A stretch of DNA of 48,909 nt from Ramazzottius varieornatus. Taxonomy: Eukaryota > Animalia > Tardigrada. The position numbers were made by a program, and so were the translations under genes. The number at the start of each line of letters is the position of its first letter. Position 1 is the stretch's first letter. Where the stretch lies: NCBI GenBank assembly GCA_001949185.1, contig BDGG01000003.1, forward strand, positions 1 to 48,909. The letters are read 5' to 3'. This document shows, piece after piece, positions 30,261-42,115 of this stretch. A model generated the notes under the pieces. The model saw only the letters and a program-made list of their open reading frames with translations. It had not been told where the DNA came from and did not search any database.

Positions 30261-30702
30261 TACAATTACATATTTTGCTTGTCAAAGTCGAGATGGGAGC
30301 TTTGTAAACTGTGAAACATAAGGCGCGAGATGTCGAGCACAGCGTGACACTCGATTTGGCATTTGGTCAGCGCAATAAGCATTCGCAGAAGGGGGTCTTT
30401 TCTACACAACCACGACCCTCTTTGACACTTTAAACATTGCCATTGTATCACGTCAACAATTTCCCAACGCACCTTTGACTTTTTCTGTTTGGCTGACACG
30501 ACCGTATTCCGTGTTACATGATGACGCTCCACTTGAAACTTGCCACCTTCCTTCCTTCCTCGTTGCATTGTCTCGCGATCACTTGTCATAACTTCCCTCT
30601 GACCGTCAATTATCCATTTGATCTATGGGGAATAATATCCGCCTTTTTCTTCCTTCTAACTCGAGCAACCCCATCATTACGTGCCATAATCCGCATTCCT
30701 TT
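30261..30702 (+). repeat. Inverted repeat block C (partner 33254-33688, in T-box intron 2)
   Basis: Core 30278-30634 appears identical to the reverse complement of 33315-33671; edges are diverged. This produces the twin MTSDRETMQ ORFs in the track. Confidence 0.97.
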
Positions 30703-31011
30703 AATACTACGGAAAACTACTGCACGAATGACACCTTGCGGCGTTTGAGTGCGACTGCGGATACGTTGCCCGCACGCGATCACCAGATCCGTCACAGATG
30801 ATTCTTTAGACATCTGTCCATTTTTCGTCTTCTGTGCATCTTTTATCAGAATACTGTTCTGTTTTCTGCAGAGGAAATACACCGGTGCAAGAGTTTCGGA
30901 TAAAATAATATTGCAACTTTAATCCGACAAACGCAGACTGTGGACAGGAGACACAAACGACAGATAAATCATAATTCCCACAATCAGCTTATATTTTAGC
31001 CTTTTCGAATT

Positions 31012-34000
31012 TTAGCACTTTCGTTTTGTTGCACTCTGTAGAGCGATGTCATTCTGCCGCGCTTGTTCCAGCTGCAGGTTGTCGTTGACGGTACTCTGGA
31101 ACAACTGGCGTGTGCAGTATGCAGCGTAGGCCGCCTGCTGTTGTGACAGATGCTTGGAGAGATCGAGAACCGAGTCGTTGGGCATGATCCGCTGGTCAGG
31201 TAGCGGGAAACCGCTCCTGGCTGACCATTGTTGCAGGAACTGTAGGGGAATAGAGGGTGCGCCGAAGAGTGAGGAGTTGAACAGAGGTACACCATCCGGT
31301 GTCATACACGGAAGTGACATCATGGAGGAGTAGGGTGGAAGTTTCATGGCGCTGTCCATTTTGTTGAACTGCAAGCTTTGGATGGAGCCGAGATGCGACT
31401 GGTAGTGCTCTTGCATCGAACATTCCCTGAAAACGGAAACTAATTCGTTAATATCGTTAGACTGACTTCTTCCCGATGAATAACACTTTTGATGTTTCGG
31501 AGAAAATTTTTCTTGACGTTGTTGACTTGGACAACATCATTATCGTCAAATTAGTATGGAATAGTTTTGCGACAGGACGTTGACTGGGAATGGAGGACAG
31601 CAAGTGTGAAACGAGGTTATTTAGAACAGACAACGGTGCTAGCTTAACATCGCCGCCCTCCTGCAAGTTGAGACAAAAACTCTGCCCAGATCGCAACTAG
31701 CCTGACACCAATGTTTCGAAGTACAGGCCAGTGGTCACTCGTCACTGAACTCGACAGCGGATCCGCAAGCGGAAACGAAGGTCAACGAGGCCCCGGGGCC
31801 AGAACTCACGGCTTATAGCCGTTTTTACCTCTCTGTACTGTTTCCTGTTTAGTATCGTCGTATCAAAAGTCTGACGTTTCGACGACTTTCCCCCGAGAGG
31901 GGTTCAATAAATCAAGAGAAGAACTGTATGAAAATGACTTGCTGGCTCTTCTTTAATGGGTTTTTTTATCGAGGTTAAAAATATCAGGGACGACGGCCGG
32001 TGGTCTTCGTCAAGATTATTTATGTTGGTGCTTGATGTGGCTCGTTAATTTCACAGTTGGAACACGAAGTGGCAGTCACGCTGATAAATCTCCAAGGCGA
32101 TCAAAAGTCGGCTTGTGACTCTGACGGTGTTGTCGTTCTGGATTGTTAAGCACTTTTGACACAAGGACTACTTGTGTGGTACAGTTTGCTGGGAAGGACG
32201 GGGCACTGGCTGTTCGGTCACGACTGATCGCTCAGAAATGAGGGTGTTTGTGAGAGCGGCAATTAAGGGGAAGCATGGTGATGCGTCAAAGCGATATCAT
32301 TGCTTGTGTAAACATCAACTGCCTTGCACTGTAATGAGATCTTGGCTGCATGACACTTGATCGCTTTCCACTGGGGTTATTCGATCGAGAAGACAAGTGC
32401 CCAGCCTGTGGGATGCCTTGCTCATGTCATGTCTTGTCAAATGTCCGCGTGTAAAGTGTCAAAATATTTCTACATCTAGACAAAGCCCACCTTTCTCGCT
32501 CCATGTCGGTAAAGACACGCGTCGAATCGCGAAAGCCTTTGGCGAAAGGGTTGCAGTCAATCTTCATTTTCGTGATCTATAATGAAACGCGGAGTGTTAT
32601 ATATTGATTCAGCAGAAGAATTTTCGACAAGCGGAAGTTGAGCTGTTTTGGAGCAGCCTTTCTTACCAACTGATTCTGGTACGCGGTGACAGAATAGAAG
32701 GCGCATTCAGGAAAGGAAAATGTCCGGTAGTCAAAGTTGTCCAGATCGGAAATGGTCTTTAGGCTTTTCGGAGGCACTTCGCTTCCTTTCTCGACGTAGA
32801 CTAAATGGATCCTGGGCTGATATCGATGCATGGAGTTGAGAACAATCTGCAATACAGTATGACCATTTGAACTTTCCCAGACTTTTTTCCATCGACATTC
32901 AGTACAACTTACATATCCAGGTTTGTTGACTTCCGTATTGGTCAGCTTGACTTTCTCAAAGCTGATGATCTGCTTGCGCAACTGTTGCGGGGTGAAGGGC
33001 GAGTCAGGGTGGAGGTACAGCTTGGTGTGATGGGGTGGATCGCCCTTGCCTGCCACGAGCCACGAGGAGCGGTGGTAGGCGTAGCGGTAACGCTTGCTGT
33101 CGACACTGACAATGTCCAAGTACAGTAGGTACGAGCCTTCTTCGGCTAGTCCCGTAAAGGATGAACGTAAAGTTGGAAACATCCTCCTGGAAAATAGGTA
33201 TGTATTTTGAATTACCGGCGTGACATGTTACGCAATAAACTCTCGTGTTGGGAAAAGGAATGCGGATTATAATGATGGAGTTGCTCGAGTTAGAAGGAAG
33301 AAAAAGGCGGATAGTATTCCCCATAGATCAAATGGATAATTGACGGTCAGAGGGAAGTTATGACAAGTGATCGCGAGACAATGCAACGAGGAAGGAAGGA
33401 AGGTGGCAAGTTTCAAGTGGAGCGTCATCATGTAACACGGAATACGGTCGTGTCAGCCAAACAGAAAAAGTCAAAGGTGCGTTGGGAAATTGTTGACGTG
33501 ATACAATGGCAATGTTTAAAGTGTCAAAGAGGGTCGTGGTTGTGTAGAAAAGACCCCCTTCTGCGAATGCTTATTGCGCTGACCAAATGCCAAATCGAGT
33601 GTCACGCTGTGCTCGACATCTCGCGCCTTATGTTTCACAGTTTACAAAGCTCCCATCTCGACTTTGACAAGTGAAATATGTAATTGTAGCCGTTCGAACT
33701 GTCGGTGTGCCAAGTGCAGTAAAGATTTTGTACAATCTTCGAACTTGTGCATTCACGTTTCACTGAGATTTGCACCCAGGTACGAAGAAAAAAGTAAATT
33801 TCCGTTTACGACGAAGACGAAGACTAGTTTTCCCCTCAGAAAGCACCCAGTCAGTATGAAATAGTGTCAGTTCGGGTGGCGAACTCATGGCTCGCAGTGC
33901 TGTGATCGAATGATGGCGATGTCGACCAAGTGTTGGTCAAATTATGCATCTGGTTGAATAGGTCAATTGTTAATCAAATGAGCTGTTGGCCGTTATCACA

Positions 34001-34923
34001 CGTTGGTCAGACAGTAGGCAGTGTTTACACAATGGCCGCTAATACGCTTTCCGAGTTGCCTTCCTCCCTCATTCGCGCACTTCCTGATCCACTCTGTCTT
34101 TGAACAAGGACAATTGACGGCAGCCATTATCCACTGATTATTCTCGCAATTGCCGCATAACACATTCAGACTGTGTATCAATGCGCAAACGCCGGCCGAC
34201 ATTCGCCCAACCTTATCGCAACGCACCCACATCAACACAAACGATAATTTCAAGTGCAAAAAATTGTTTATGCGACAGCGACGCGTGTTAACCGTGCCAG
34301 CAACCCTTCATTCTTATCACTTAGCTGTTATAAATACGAAGTCGAGCTCCGAAAAACCTAACCTACCGGCCGCTTCTGGTGATGATCATTTCCGTGCCCA
34401 GCTCGTCAAATTTCTGCCATAGCTCCTTCGTTTCCAAATGACACTCGACTTTGGCCAGCTCCGGCGGTAGACATTTCTCGTATTCCGTGTTGGACACAAT
34501 CAGGTCGTCGCTTGTCGTGGTATCGGGGAACTCTGAGGTCGAGGAAGGTGTCGCAGACTTCCTGGTCTCAGCTGGCGACTCACATTTGATCAGTGGCGAA
34601 CTCTGTGGACTTTTGCTCGATCTGGCAACTGCAAATCAAGAACATGGACTTACGTTAGTCTATTTTCAAAGACAGTGGACTGTAATACTGTAGCGAACTG
34701 GCATGCACTGTGGCAAAGATGGGCACAGCAGTAATTTTTCCAAGGCCATACAATATTGGACATGAATTTAATTTCGTATACCGAATCAGGAGACTCAGAA
34801 ACGTTTTGCACTTGAAAATCAGCAACAAGACATGACATTGCATCAACGCGTACCTTTTTTCTTCTGGTCCTGTTCGGCCATAATTGCCTCGATGGAGAAA
34901 TCAGTCACCTTCCTTTTTGCCAT
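31012..34923 (-). CDS. TBX20: T-box transcription factor, Tbx20/midline/H15 subfamily; exons 34854-34923, 34367-34628, 32913-33186, 32667-32846, 32491-32576, 31012-31426
   Basis: N-terminal eh1 motif [36 protein letters not shown]; the Tbx20-diagnostic RYRYAYHRSSWLVAGK; LNSMHRYQPRIH; VTAYQNQ; KIDCNPFAKGFRDS. All joins are GT-AG and in frame. Confidence 0.93.
33254..34015 (-). repeat. Right-arm copies of blocks C and B inside T-box intron 2
   Basis: Reverse complements of 30261-30702 and 29880-29975. Confidence 0.95.
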
Positions 34924-35594
34924 AGTCTTTCCGCGAGCCAACAAACAATATAAAGCACGATGAATATCAGAATTTAAACAATCAAAAGATAGGGTGCGGC
35001 AACGGAGGAGTTTGTACGTAGCGCAGATCGATGGAAAAACAAGTGTTGAGCTGGCAAAGTTGGCTATCGACGTGGCGACAAGACGGCGGTTGGCGAACTG
35101 ATCGACTTGTCAAGACGAGATAATTACTAGCTATATGGTTCGTTCCAAAGGCGAAAAAGTAATTTCTTTGCCGTGAAAAGACGCTGCTGACGAACTGAGC
35201 TGGTGAGTTCCTTCAACACAGACAAGCCAAGGTTGTCTTCACTTCGCTAAGTCGCTTGATGACATCGCGCGCTGGATATTGTCGCTTTGTTCGTGGGCAT
35301 CAGTACACACTTGAAGGCGTGGTCGACCGAACCAACCAATGCAAAACAGTCGGTTTATGTTCCGCCCTTCCACGAGGAAGTTAGTCAAGCCTGAAATACA
35401 GTACGGCAATGGCAGAAGCGCCAAATCGATTACAACGACCAGTTGATCTAATACACTGGCGGCATCGTATTCAAGTCGATATATCGTCTGACTTGAATTA
35501 TGACAGTCACATTAATCATTGGCGTCATTCCGTTGAAGCGCAACATTTCCACAGATTGCATTTTGAGGTCGCGCCTGACTTTTATTACGTTTGA

Positions 35595-36803
35595 CTCAGT
35601 CCGTCTCAACTGTATACCGCTGTTGTCGGTGATGGAACCAAGTTGTCGTGTGAAGCGTTAATTGACGTGACCTGAAGAAGCGCATTTGAGAGATTCGCAT
35701 CTTGTTATGTCTTGTGGCAGTTCGGATGGCGCTAAATGTGGGTGGCTTCTAACGAGCTAAATGCTAAATTAATCAGCGCACGAAGAAGTTAAGGTGATCG
35801 GGTGACGTCCCGCAGAGGTTCTCACACGTAAAAACCATCCACAACTTGCCACCTTGTTTAGCCAAATCAGCGGCAGGGCTTTCTCAAGTAACCATTCGTC
35901 AACGAGAAAAATGTGTGGAGTCGTTAACAAGATCAGTTTGATAATAAACGATGACACTGCTAACTAATCTATTCTGCGCTAACGAGCCGGGAAGAAAATG
36001 GGCCAGAGTTTACTTTGTCTTCTATACTTACGACGACAATCACCCCGAGCGGCGATTGCCGAGAACTTTGTTTCCACTAGGCCTAAGAAACTCGAATTTT
36101 GAGAGCTCTTTAAAGTTCCGTCGGTTTTCAGGATGACGTGCAAGATGTAACGAACGCCAGGGTGGTCCCTGGCTACTGGTACTTTTGCAAAGTAGTCCAG
36201 CGACTATTTGATCACAAATATGCCGCACGGTCTTGTCGTATGGCAGAATAATAAAGTGGCTGAATGGGCGAAGGTGACTTTAATAGCTGTTAATCACAGG
36301 TTGTTCTGTACCATCAACGATTCGAACCAGCAATCAAAGCTCATCATTACACGCTATCCATCAAATCAAGCATGCGCTCTTCGTTAACATTCCATTTCAC
36401 CGAAGACTGTACCGACAAGCTTTTTCGCTTCTCAACAAATTGAATCTCGCAGGCTATTTACAGCACCACAAGATAATATGCAATCGTGACAGAGCAGCGA
36501 AGCTGTAAAGCCGGCAGGTGGTGCCCTCTTCGCCATTTTTCTTCGGCAATAGCGAGATGGACATCAGCTGGCCAATAAATTGCTTACGATCGGCGACCTT
36601 CTCCATCTTATTTTGCCGGCGAGCATAAACACAGCCATCGTAAAGCGTTCAACACAAATTCGATTATTCTTCCATCGATTGTCAATTGTCCATTCTCCCA
36701 TTCAAAACCAAACCTACCACCATCACGGTTTACCCGACGACAACTCGTAAACAGCCCAGCGTGAGACTCATCTTCAAACGACCCCGCAGATGCTCAGCAT
36801 CGC
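35595..36803 (-). repeat. Right-arm copies of blocks E, D and A upstream of the T-box gene (candidate cis-regulatory DNA)
   Basis: Reverse complements of 29820-29870, 29030-29322 and 28186-28823; they lie 0.7-1.9 kb upstream of the ATG. Confidence 0.9.
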
Positions 36804-37889
36804 AATCAGCTCGTTTTTGATCTGTATTGCGCTGTAGTCCGTAAAAATTGACTTTGCTTTGAAACGCTTTGACCTCTTTAATGTTCAAAAATTGTGCGGT
36901 AAGAGAACGGCTTCGAGCCGACTAAATGGTTTTTGCTCGGTGTGTTAGGTCTGTTAATAACCCTCGACGGACGCCTGTTGTGCTGAATATCCCGAAATTC
37001 TCGGGCAGCTTTGCGGTAGGATCTGGATGATGTTATGATGCGGAAGAGGAATAGATAATGTCGGTGCGATGGGATAGTAATGAGGGTCATAAAAGGGACG
37101 AGACGCACTGAACCTGATCAGATCAGAGTCGATCACGGGGATCACAAATTTGACATTTGCTTTGGCCTGGAGTGCTTCCACAGCCAAGTTAGAAAAAGGA
37201 CTCTTTTGAGGAGCGATTATCCCACTGTGCGGTCATTTGAATAAGTGACACTTGTGCCGCTGTGGCGCTTGAATGCTTCCTCTTCTCCCGCATGTCGCAG
37301 AGGTCTATTGTGCCAGACTGAAGACAAATTGCTTCTGTTTAACAAATTATACAATTGGCGATTGACACTTGCACTCCAGGGAATATATGGTCGCTCCTCG
37401 GGAATCGGGATGACAAGGACCTTAGTGCTTATTCATGATGGCTAACTGCGGTGGGCTTTTCACGGCACTTTATCGCTTTGCCCTTGTAAGGAACCGTATA
37501 AACATAGCCACTAGATCCCACGGAGCATTGAAAACTTTACCGGCAAGCTCCAGTTGGTTTGTTCCCTTCTTCTTTTAGAAATGGCGGAAAATGAACGTGA
37601 AAATAAGTCTTGCAGTTCGGAGACCGGCCCATCAACCAGAGTCGCAGCAGTGGCGCCACCATGAGCCTTTTATATTTAGATTACCCATTGCGAGACAAGG
37701 TGATATGACATGACATGACGTGACACGACAATATGCAGATATTTATAGTTTATCAGCTGAGCCGGTTTGTCCACTTTGTGTTATCCTTTTTTACGAAACC
37801 ATTTCCCCCCGATGTCCTTTGTCGTAAAGCTACTACTTGCTCTGTAAGGAGACGTAAGAGGGCTGAGAGATCGTGACTGTTTGTGGAGG

Positions 37890-39213
37890 ATGTCGCAGCA
37901 TCAGAATGAGTCTCTGCAGAGCGTCTCAAACGTCTTCTCCAACTTCGTGGGAAAGCTGGAAGCAGAGGCAGATCTACGAGATGTGAGTAAAAGCTTGATT
38001 CATTGATGATGAACTGATGTCTTTTGTCTTTTAATATTCTATTTGACGGATGAGAATGAGATGACTATACCTCGTATACCTTGCCCGGTGTCCATCCAGA
38101 CTGTTGAATAGCCTTGTGAATAAACGGGGGTGCATCCTGACATTTCAGGAAATTCGGAACACGGTGAAGGAGGTGGATCGACTGGCACGCGAACTAGTAG
38201 CTGGACTTTCCGCCATTCATTCTCAGAGTCATGGACATAAACGCTGTAAGAGATATTTCCGGGAAATATTCCTCGCAGTTTCGCCGCAGCTTTGTTTTAC
38301 CAGAGTAATTTTATTTAGTTGCAGAAATCGTCGCGGAAGCAAACACCCGGTTTCGAGATGTGAAGAAGAGCTTTGACCTGTTGGCAGCTAAAGTTCCCGC
38401 TGATCAGTATTACGTGTAGGTTTTTTCTCCCCATCTTAAATCGTGTCCAACTTTTTTCAGGTTCACCCATCCTGTTTGCTTTAGCTTTCATGAACACTGG
38501 AAATTCACCATGCACAAACTAGTCTTCGCCGCGGCGTTGATTTCGTTTATCGAGCACGGAAAACTGGCCACCTTGTCAGAAGTCGCAGCTACGATCGGAG
38601 GTACGTTACTGTAGCTAGGTTTCGCCAGAACAGATGGTTCTTACTTGTTTTTACTCTTTCAGTTCACGCCGACCGAAAGCAAGGCTTTCATCTAGATCTC
38701 GAAGACTACCTGTTCGGATTACTCAGCCTCGGGAGTGAGCTGGTAAGAGTGTAAGACCGGAAGTGGAGGAAGTTCAGTATCCATACGTTGTGTATAGGTT
38801 GTCATGTCATGCACGATGTATAGGGTATAACAAGACTTACTTATCCAGTTGCTCACTGTGGGCCTCTGGCAGTTTATTCTGTCTTTACTTCTTGTCTGCA
38901 GTCTCGTTACTGCGTGAACCGAGTGACAGCCGGAGATTACAAAACCCCGGAAAAGATTTTCGCCTTCTTGTCAGAACTGGGTGCAGGTTTCCGGCTGTTG
39001 AATCTGAAGAATAGCGACCTACGTCGGCGCTTTGACAGTCTGAAGTACGATGAGAAGAAAGTGGAGGAAGTCATCTACGACCTGTCAGTCCGCGGACTTC
39101 TTCAGAAGAATAACGAGCAGAAGCAGGAACCGGGAACTTTCAGAGTAGTGGATGAGAAGACCCGATTGAGTACTAAGGATAACTCACCGGAAGCAAATTC
39201 CATGCAAGAATAA
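37890..39213 (+). CDS. TSN: Translin (C3PO subunit)
   Basis: EIRNTVKEVDRLARE; FHEHWKF; GFHLDLEDYLFGLLSLGSELSRYCVNRVTAGDY; FRLLNLKNSDLRRRFDSLKYDEKKVEEVIYDLSVRGL. Confidence 0.95.
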
Positions 39214-39452
39214 AACTGTAGAAAAAACTGACCGAATCGTCCTCGTGCTCATCTTACGGTCTTACCTGCTACCTCATGTTCCAATCCCTTGCTGGCTTCT
39301 TACTTCCCGTAGTCTTCAGGATTCACTGTAGTTGATCATCCGAAATGCTGAAAATTTTTGTTTCTGCCGAGGCGGAAAACAAGAAATAAAGTCTAAATCA
39401 CACCAGGAATTCAAGACTCGAATTGTATTGCATCGCAGAGAATGGAAAAAAA

Positions 39453-41641
39453 TCAGGCGGATTTAGGGATGGGTAAAACAAGAAGAGGTGAACTAATTTT
39501 CGGGTTTCCTCTATAAACAGCCATGGTCATTTCTTTCAGGTCAAACAAGGCCGTCGCAATAGTACATCCGCCATCTTTCATGCTCGGTGTACGGAAGACC
39601 GGGTAGTCTGCGTCAGTAGTGTCTCCGAGGAACTGTAGGACGTCGTGAGCGGTCTCGGGAACCGGAAGCTGTCTGGCACGATTCTGCCGATGTATGGAGC
39701 TGACAATATTTTCTGGATTCTGCTTGACTTTTATTCTTTCGTACCTACAACGAACCAGGCGAGCTAACTTATAACAGAATAGACGTGTTCAGAAAATGGC
39801 AAAACTTGCTTGTTGAAATGGTAAAGAAATCCGTTTCCTTCCACTGTCGGCTTTTCTGGATCGTAGCGCAGAACTGCGGTTCGGTCGATGATCGTGGAAA
39901 TCTGCTGGTCGAAGCTGCCGAGCAGTTCGTAGTTGCGCATCTTGATGGCATCATTTGGGTCCTTCGTGAAAATTACATTCAAGCTACGGATACAAACCCA
40001 TCACCTGTAGATTCTCCTCATGAACTGGTTAGAATTTTTCGGTATGAATCTGCGTCTCCACGGCAAATCTCTGTGAAGAGCTTGGCAAACAGAACGCACA
40101 AGACTGATCTCTGAAGTGGCGCACTTGCCCAGCCAATAACGGCGGAGACGTGCGCCACTTGAGGTAACGACCTGCACTTTTGTGCTGAGTACAACATCTT
40201 TTTTGGTTTTCTCGATTTTCAGTTCATTATGATGAAGAAGGATCAAATCAGCGATGAAAACGTACCTGCATCCTTGCGAAAGACCAGGTTCCAGGCTGAC
40301 GATCCTCTCGACGTCTTCCGGGTTCTCGGCAGCCATCAAAGCGCGGTTCATCACGTACCTCGCTACAAACAGAAAATGAAATTGATAATGGAGAGTTAAC
40401 TGCATGAAGCACATCACCGTACGGATTTTATCTGTAGGGACCGTTATCGGCGACTCCGAGTTGGCCGTAAAGATAACGCCGGCATGGTTGAAGCTGAAGG
40501 CGTTCCCGGGTAGGACTCCAGGGTACGCGAAGGCCGTGAATTTCTCCACAATTGTCCCGTTCTCGGACAGGATCTCCGCGGAGACCAGGTAGCTGTGAGC
40601 TTTCATATCAGGATCGTTGTCTTCATTATGGCCGACGATTTCCTGCAAATGGATGATGAATGGGAGGGACGGTATTGAATGTGACAGGTAGTAGCCTTCG
40701 TGTGTTGATTTGTTTGCACGAGGGTAAAATTGATCTTACCGCTTCTGTACGATGAACGAACACCGTAGTGCATGCTGGAGTTTCGTAGTGACCTTGTCGC
40801 AAAAGTAAAGCGAGTTCCGACCGAATGTGCATCGCGAAAACCTAAAAACTACTCTGATAAACCCAACTGAATTACATGAAAAGCTAATCCGTTAAGTTGG
40901 ACCGGACCACTTGGCGGACTTAAGGCTAAGAACCCGGGAGAAATTTACGGCATACAGCAAAACCTGCGCAACTCCAGGTTTAGCTATTAATCAATAATCA
41001 AGTCCTACAGTTTACCTGGTCGAAAGGCACGCCGCTCCCTTCCGAAATCCCTCGGATCTCCTCGAAATACTGGGGCAGATGATCTCTCACGACATTCGAG
41101 TATCCGTCGTAGACATGTTGTCCTTTATCCGTCTTGAGGAAAGGCAAGAAAAGCTGGTGTAGTGGCTCAAAGTTTGCGTAGAAAGATTGGATGTGCTCGC
41201 GCATTAACCGCCCCTAAAGAACAGCAATCCGCTCCTCTCAAATCATGATAAAAAGCACGTGGTATTAGAAACTATTTCAAGCGTAGAACGTCACGTGTCC
41301 CGACATACCATTTCAAATCCCACTTGAAAATTTGTTCCACGGACAAAAATCATGGGCAAGGAGTTACTTCCGACTGCGCACTCGTTGTTCCTTGGTATCC
41401 TCGCCATCTTCGGTGGTTCAACGATGTTCTTTGGATGAAAGGGCCGCCACGTCCGGAGTAGAATACGCACAATCGGGTCGGATAAGTTGGGAGCTTTCAG
41501 CAAGGAGTTTTCCTTCAGCGTCATTCGCATTGGGCGCATCTGCAGTGGCTGCAAGGGCACGATGACGCTGCACCATGCGCAGTGCACCAGCGTGCAGATA
41601 ATCAGTGCGCATACCTGTAGCATCACGGACCTTTTCCTCAT
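39453..41641 (-). CDS. Peptidase C45 / Tan-like Ntn-hydrolase with a predicted signal peptide
   Basis: FVRGTNFQVGF; PQYFEEIRGISEGSGVPF; autocatalytic C in ACTTVFV; IVGHNED; YPGVLPGNAFSFN; FLGDT...YPVFR; TIATALFDL. Confidence 0.88.
40116..40158. repeat. Family A 43-bp palindromic element in an intron of the C45 gene
   Basis: AAGTGGCGCAC-N25-GTGCGCCACTT. Confidence 0.8.
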
Positions 41642-42115
41642 TCTTCACTTTCTGGCTCCTCGTTCCAGTTCCCGAACCCCAAAATCCCTTCGCTCGGCCT
41701 TTCTGGTTACTCGGACATCCAGCAAACAACTGGGCACCACGACGATAATTACAGTAAAATAACACAGCGGATATGAAGATTCGTGCCGGTTGGACAAGGT
41801 GTATGCAAGCAGGTGGCGCGTGTTTGACCACGTTGTTGAGAACCACAAGCGCGAAAAGTACTCACGAATCACGATCACTTGCAGATTAAATCCATGTATA
41901 AATCACCCGTCCACTCCACAACTTTTACTCAGCCTTATGCATGTTCGTGGTAAACTATACAGAGAAAATAAAACCAAAAATACATTAATGCATTGTTTTA
42001 AGAGCGCGCTTCAAAGTCACCGAGGCGTCCAAAGTCAATCGAAGTTATGTCAATCCACAACAACACTTGAAAAATATCTGTCAGTCACCCATCATCATCT
42101 GTTTCAAGTTCATTG

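Noticed and set aside
28800-31000. Second T-box gene on the plus strand
   Set aside because: No eh1, ELW..F..GTEMII or RMFP coding remnants were found where the mirror symmetry predicts them.
30266-33674. Twin ORFs MTSDRETMQRGRK... (30266-30589 minus, 33360-33674 plus) as duplicated protein genes
   Set aside because: They are a by-product of the perfect inverted repeat. There is no recognisable domain, and one copy is antisense within the T-box intron.
41813-41855. Additional family A copies at 41813, 43874, 16741 and 37650
   Set aside because: Only half-sites, with no partner arm at 25 nt.
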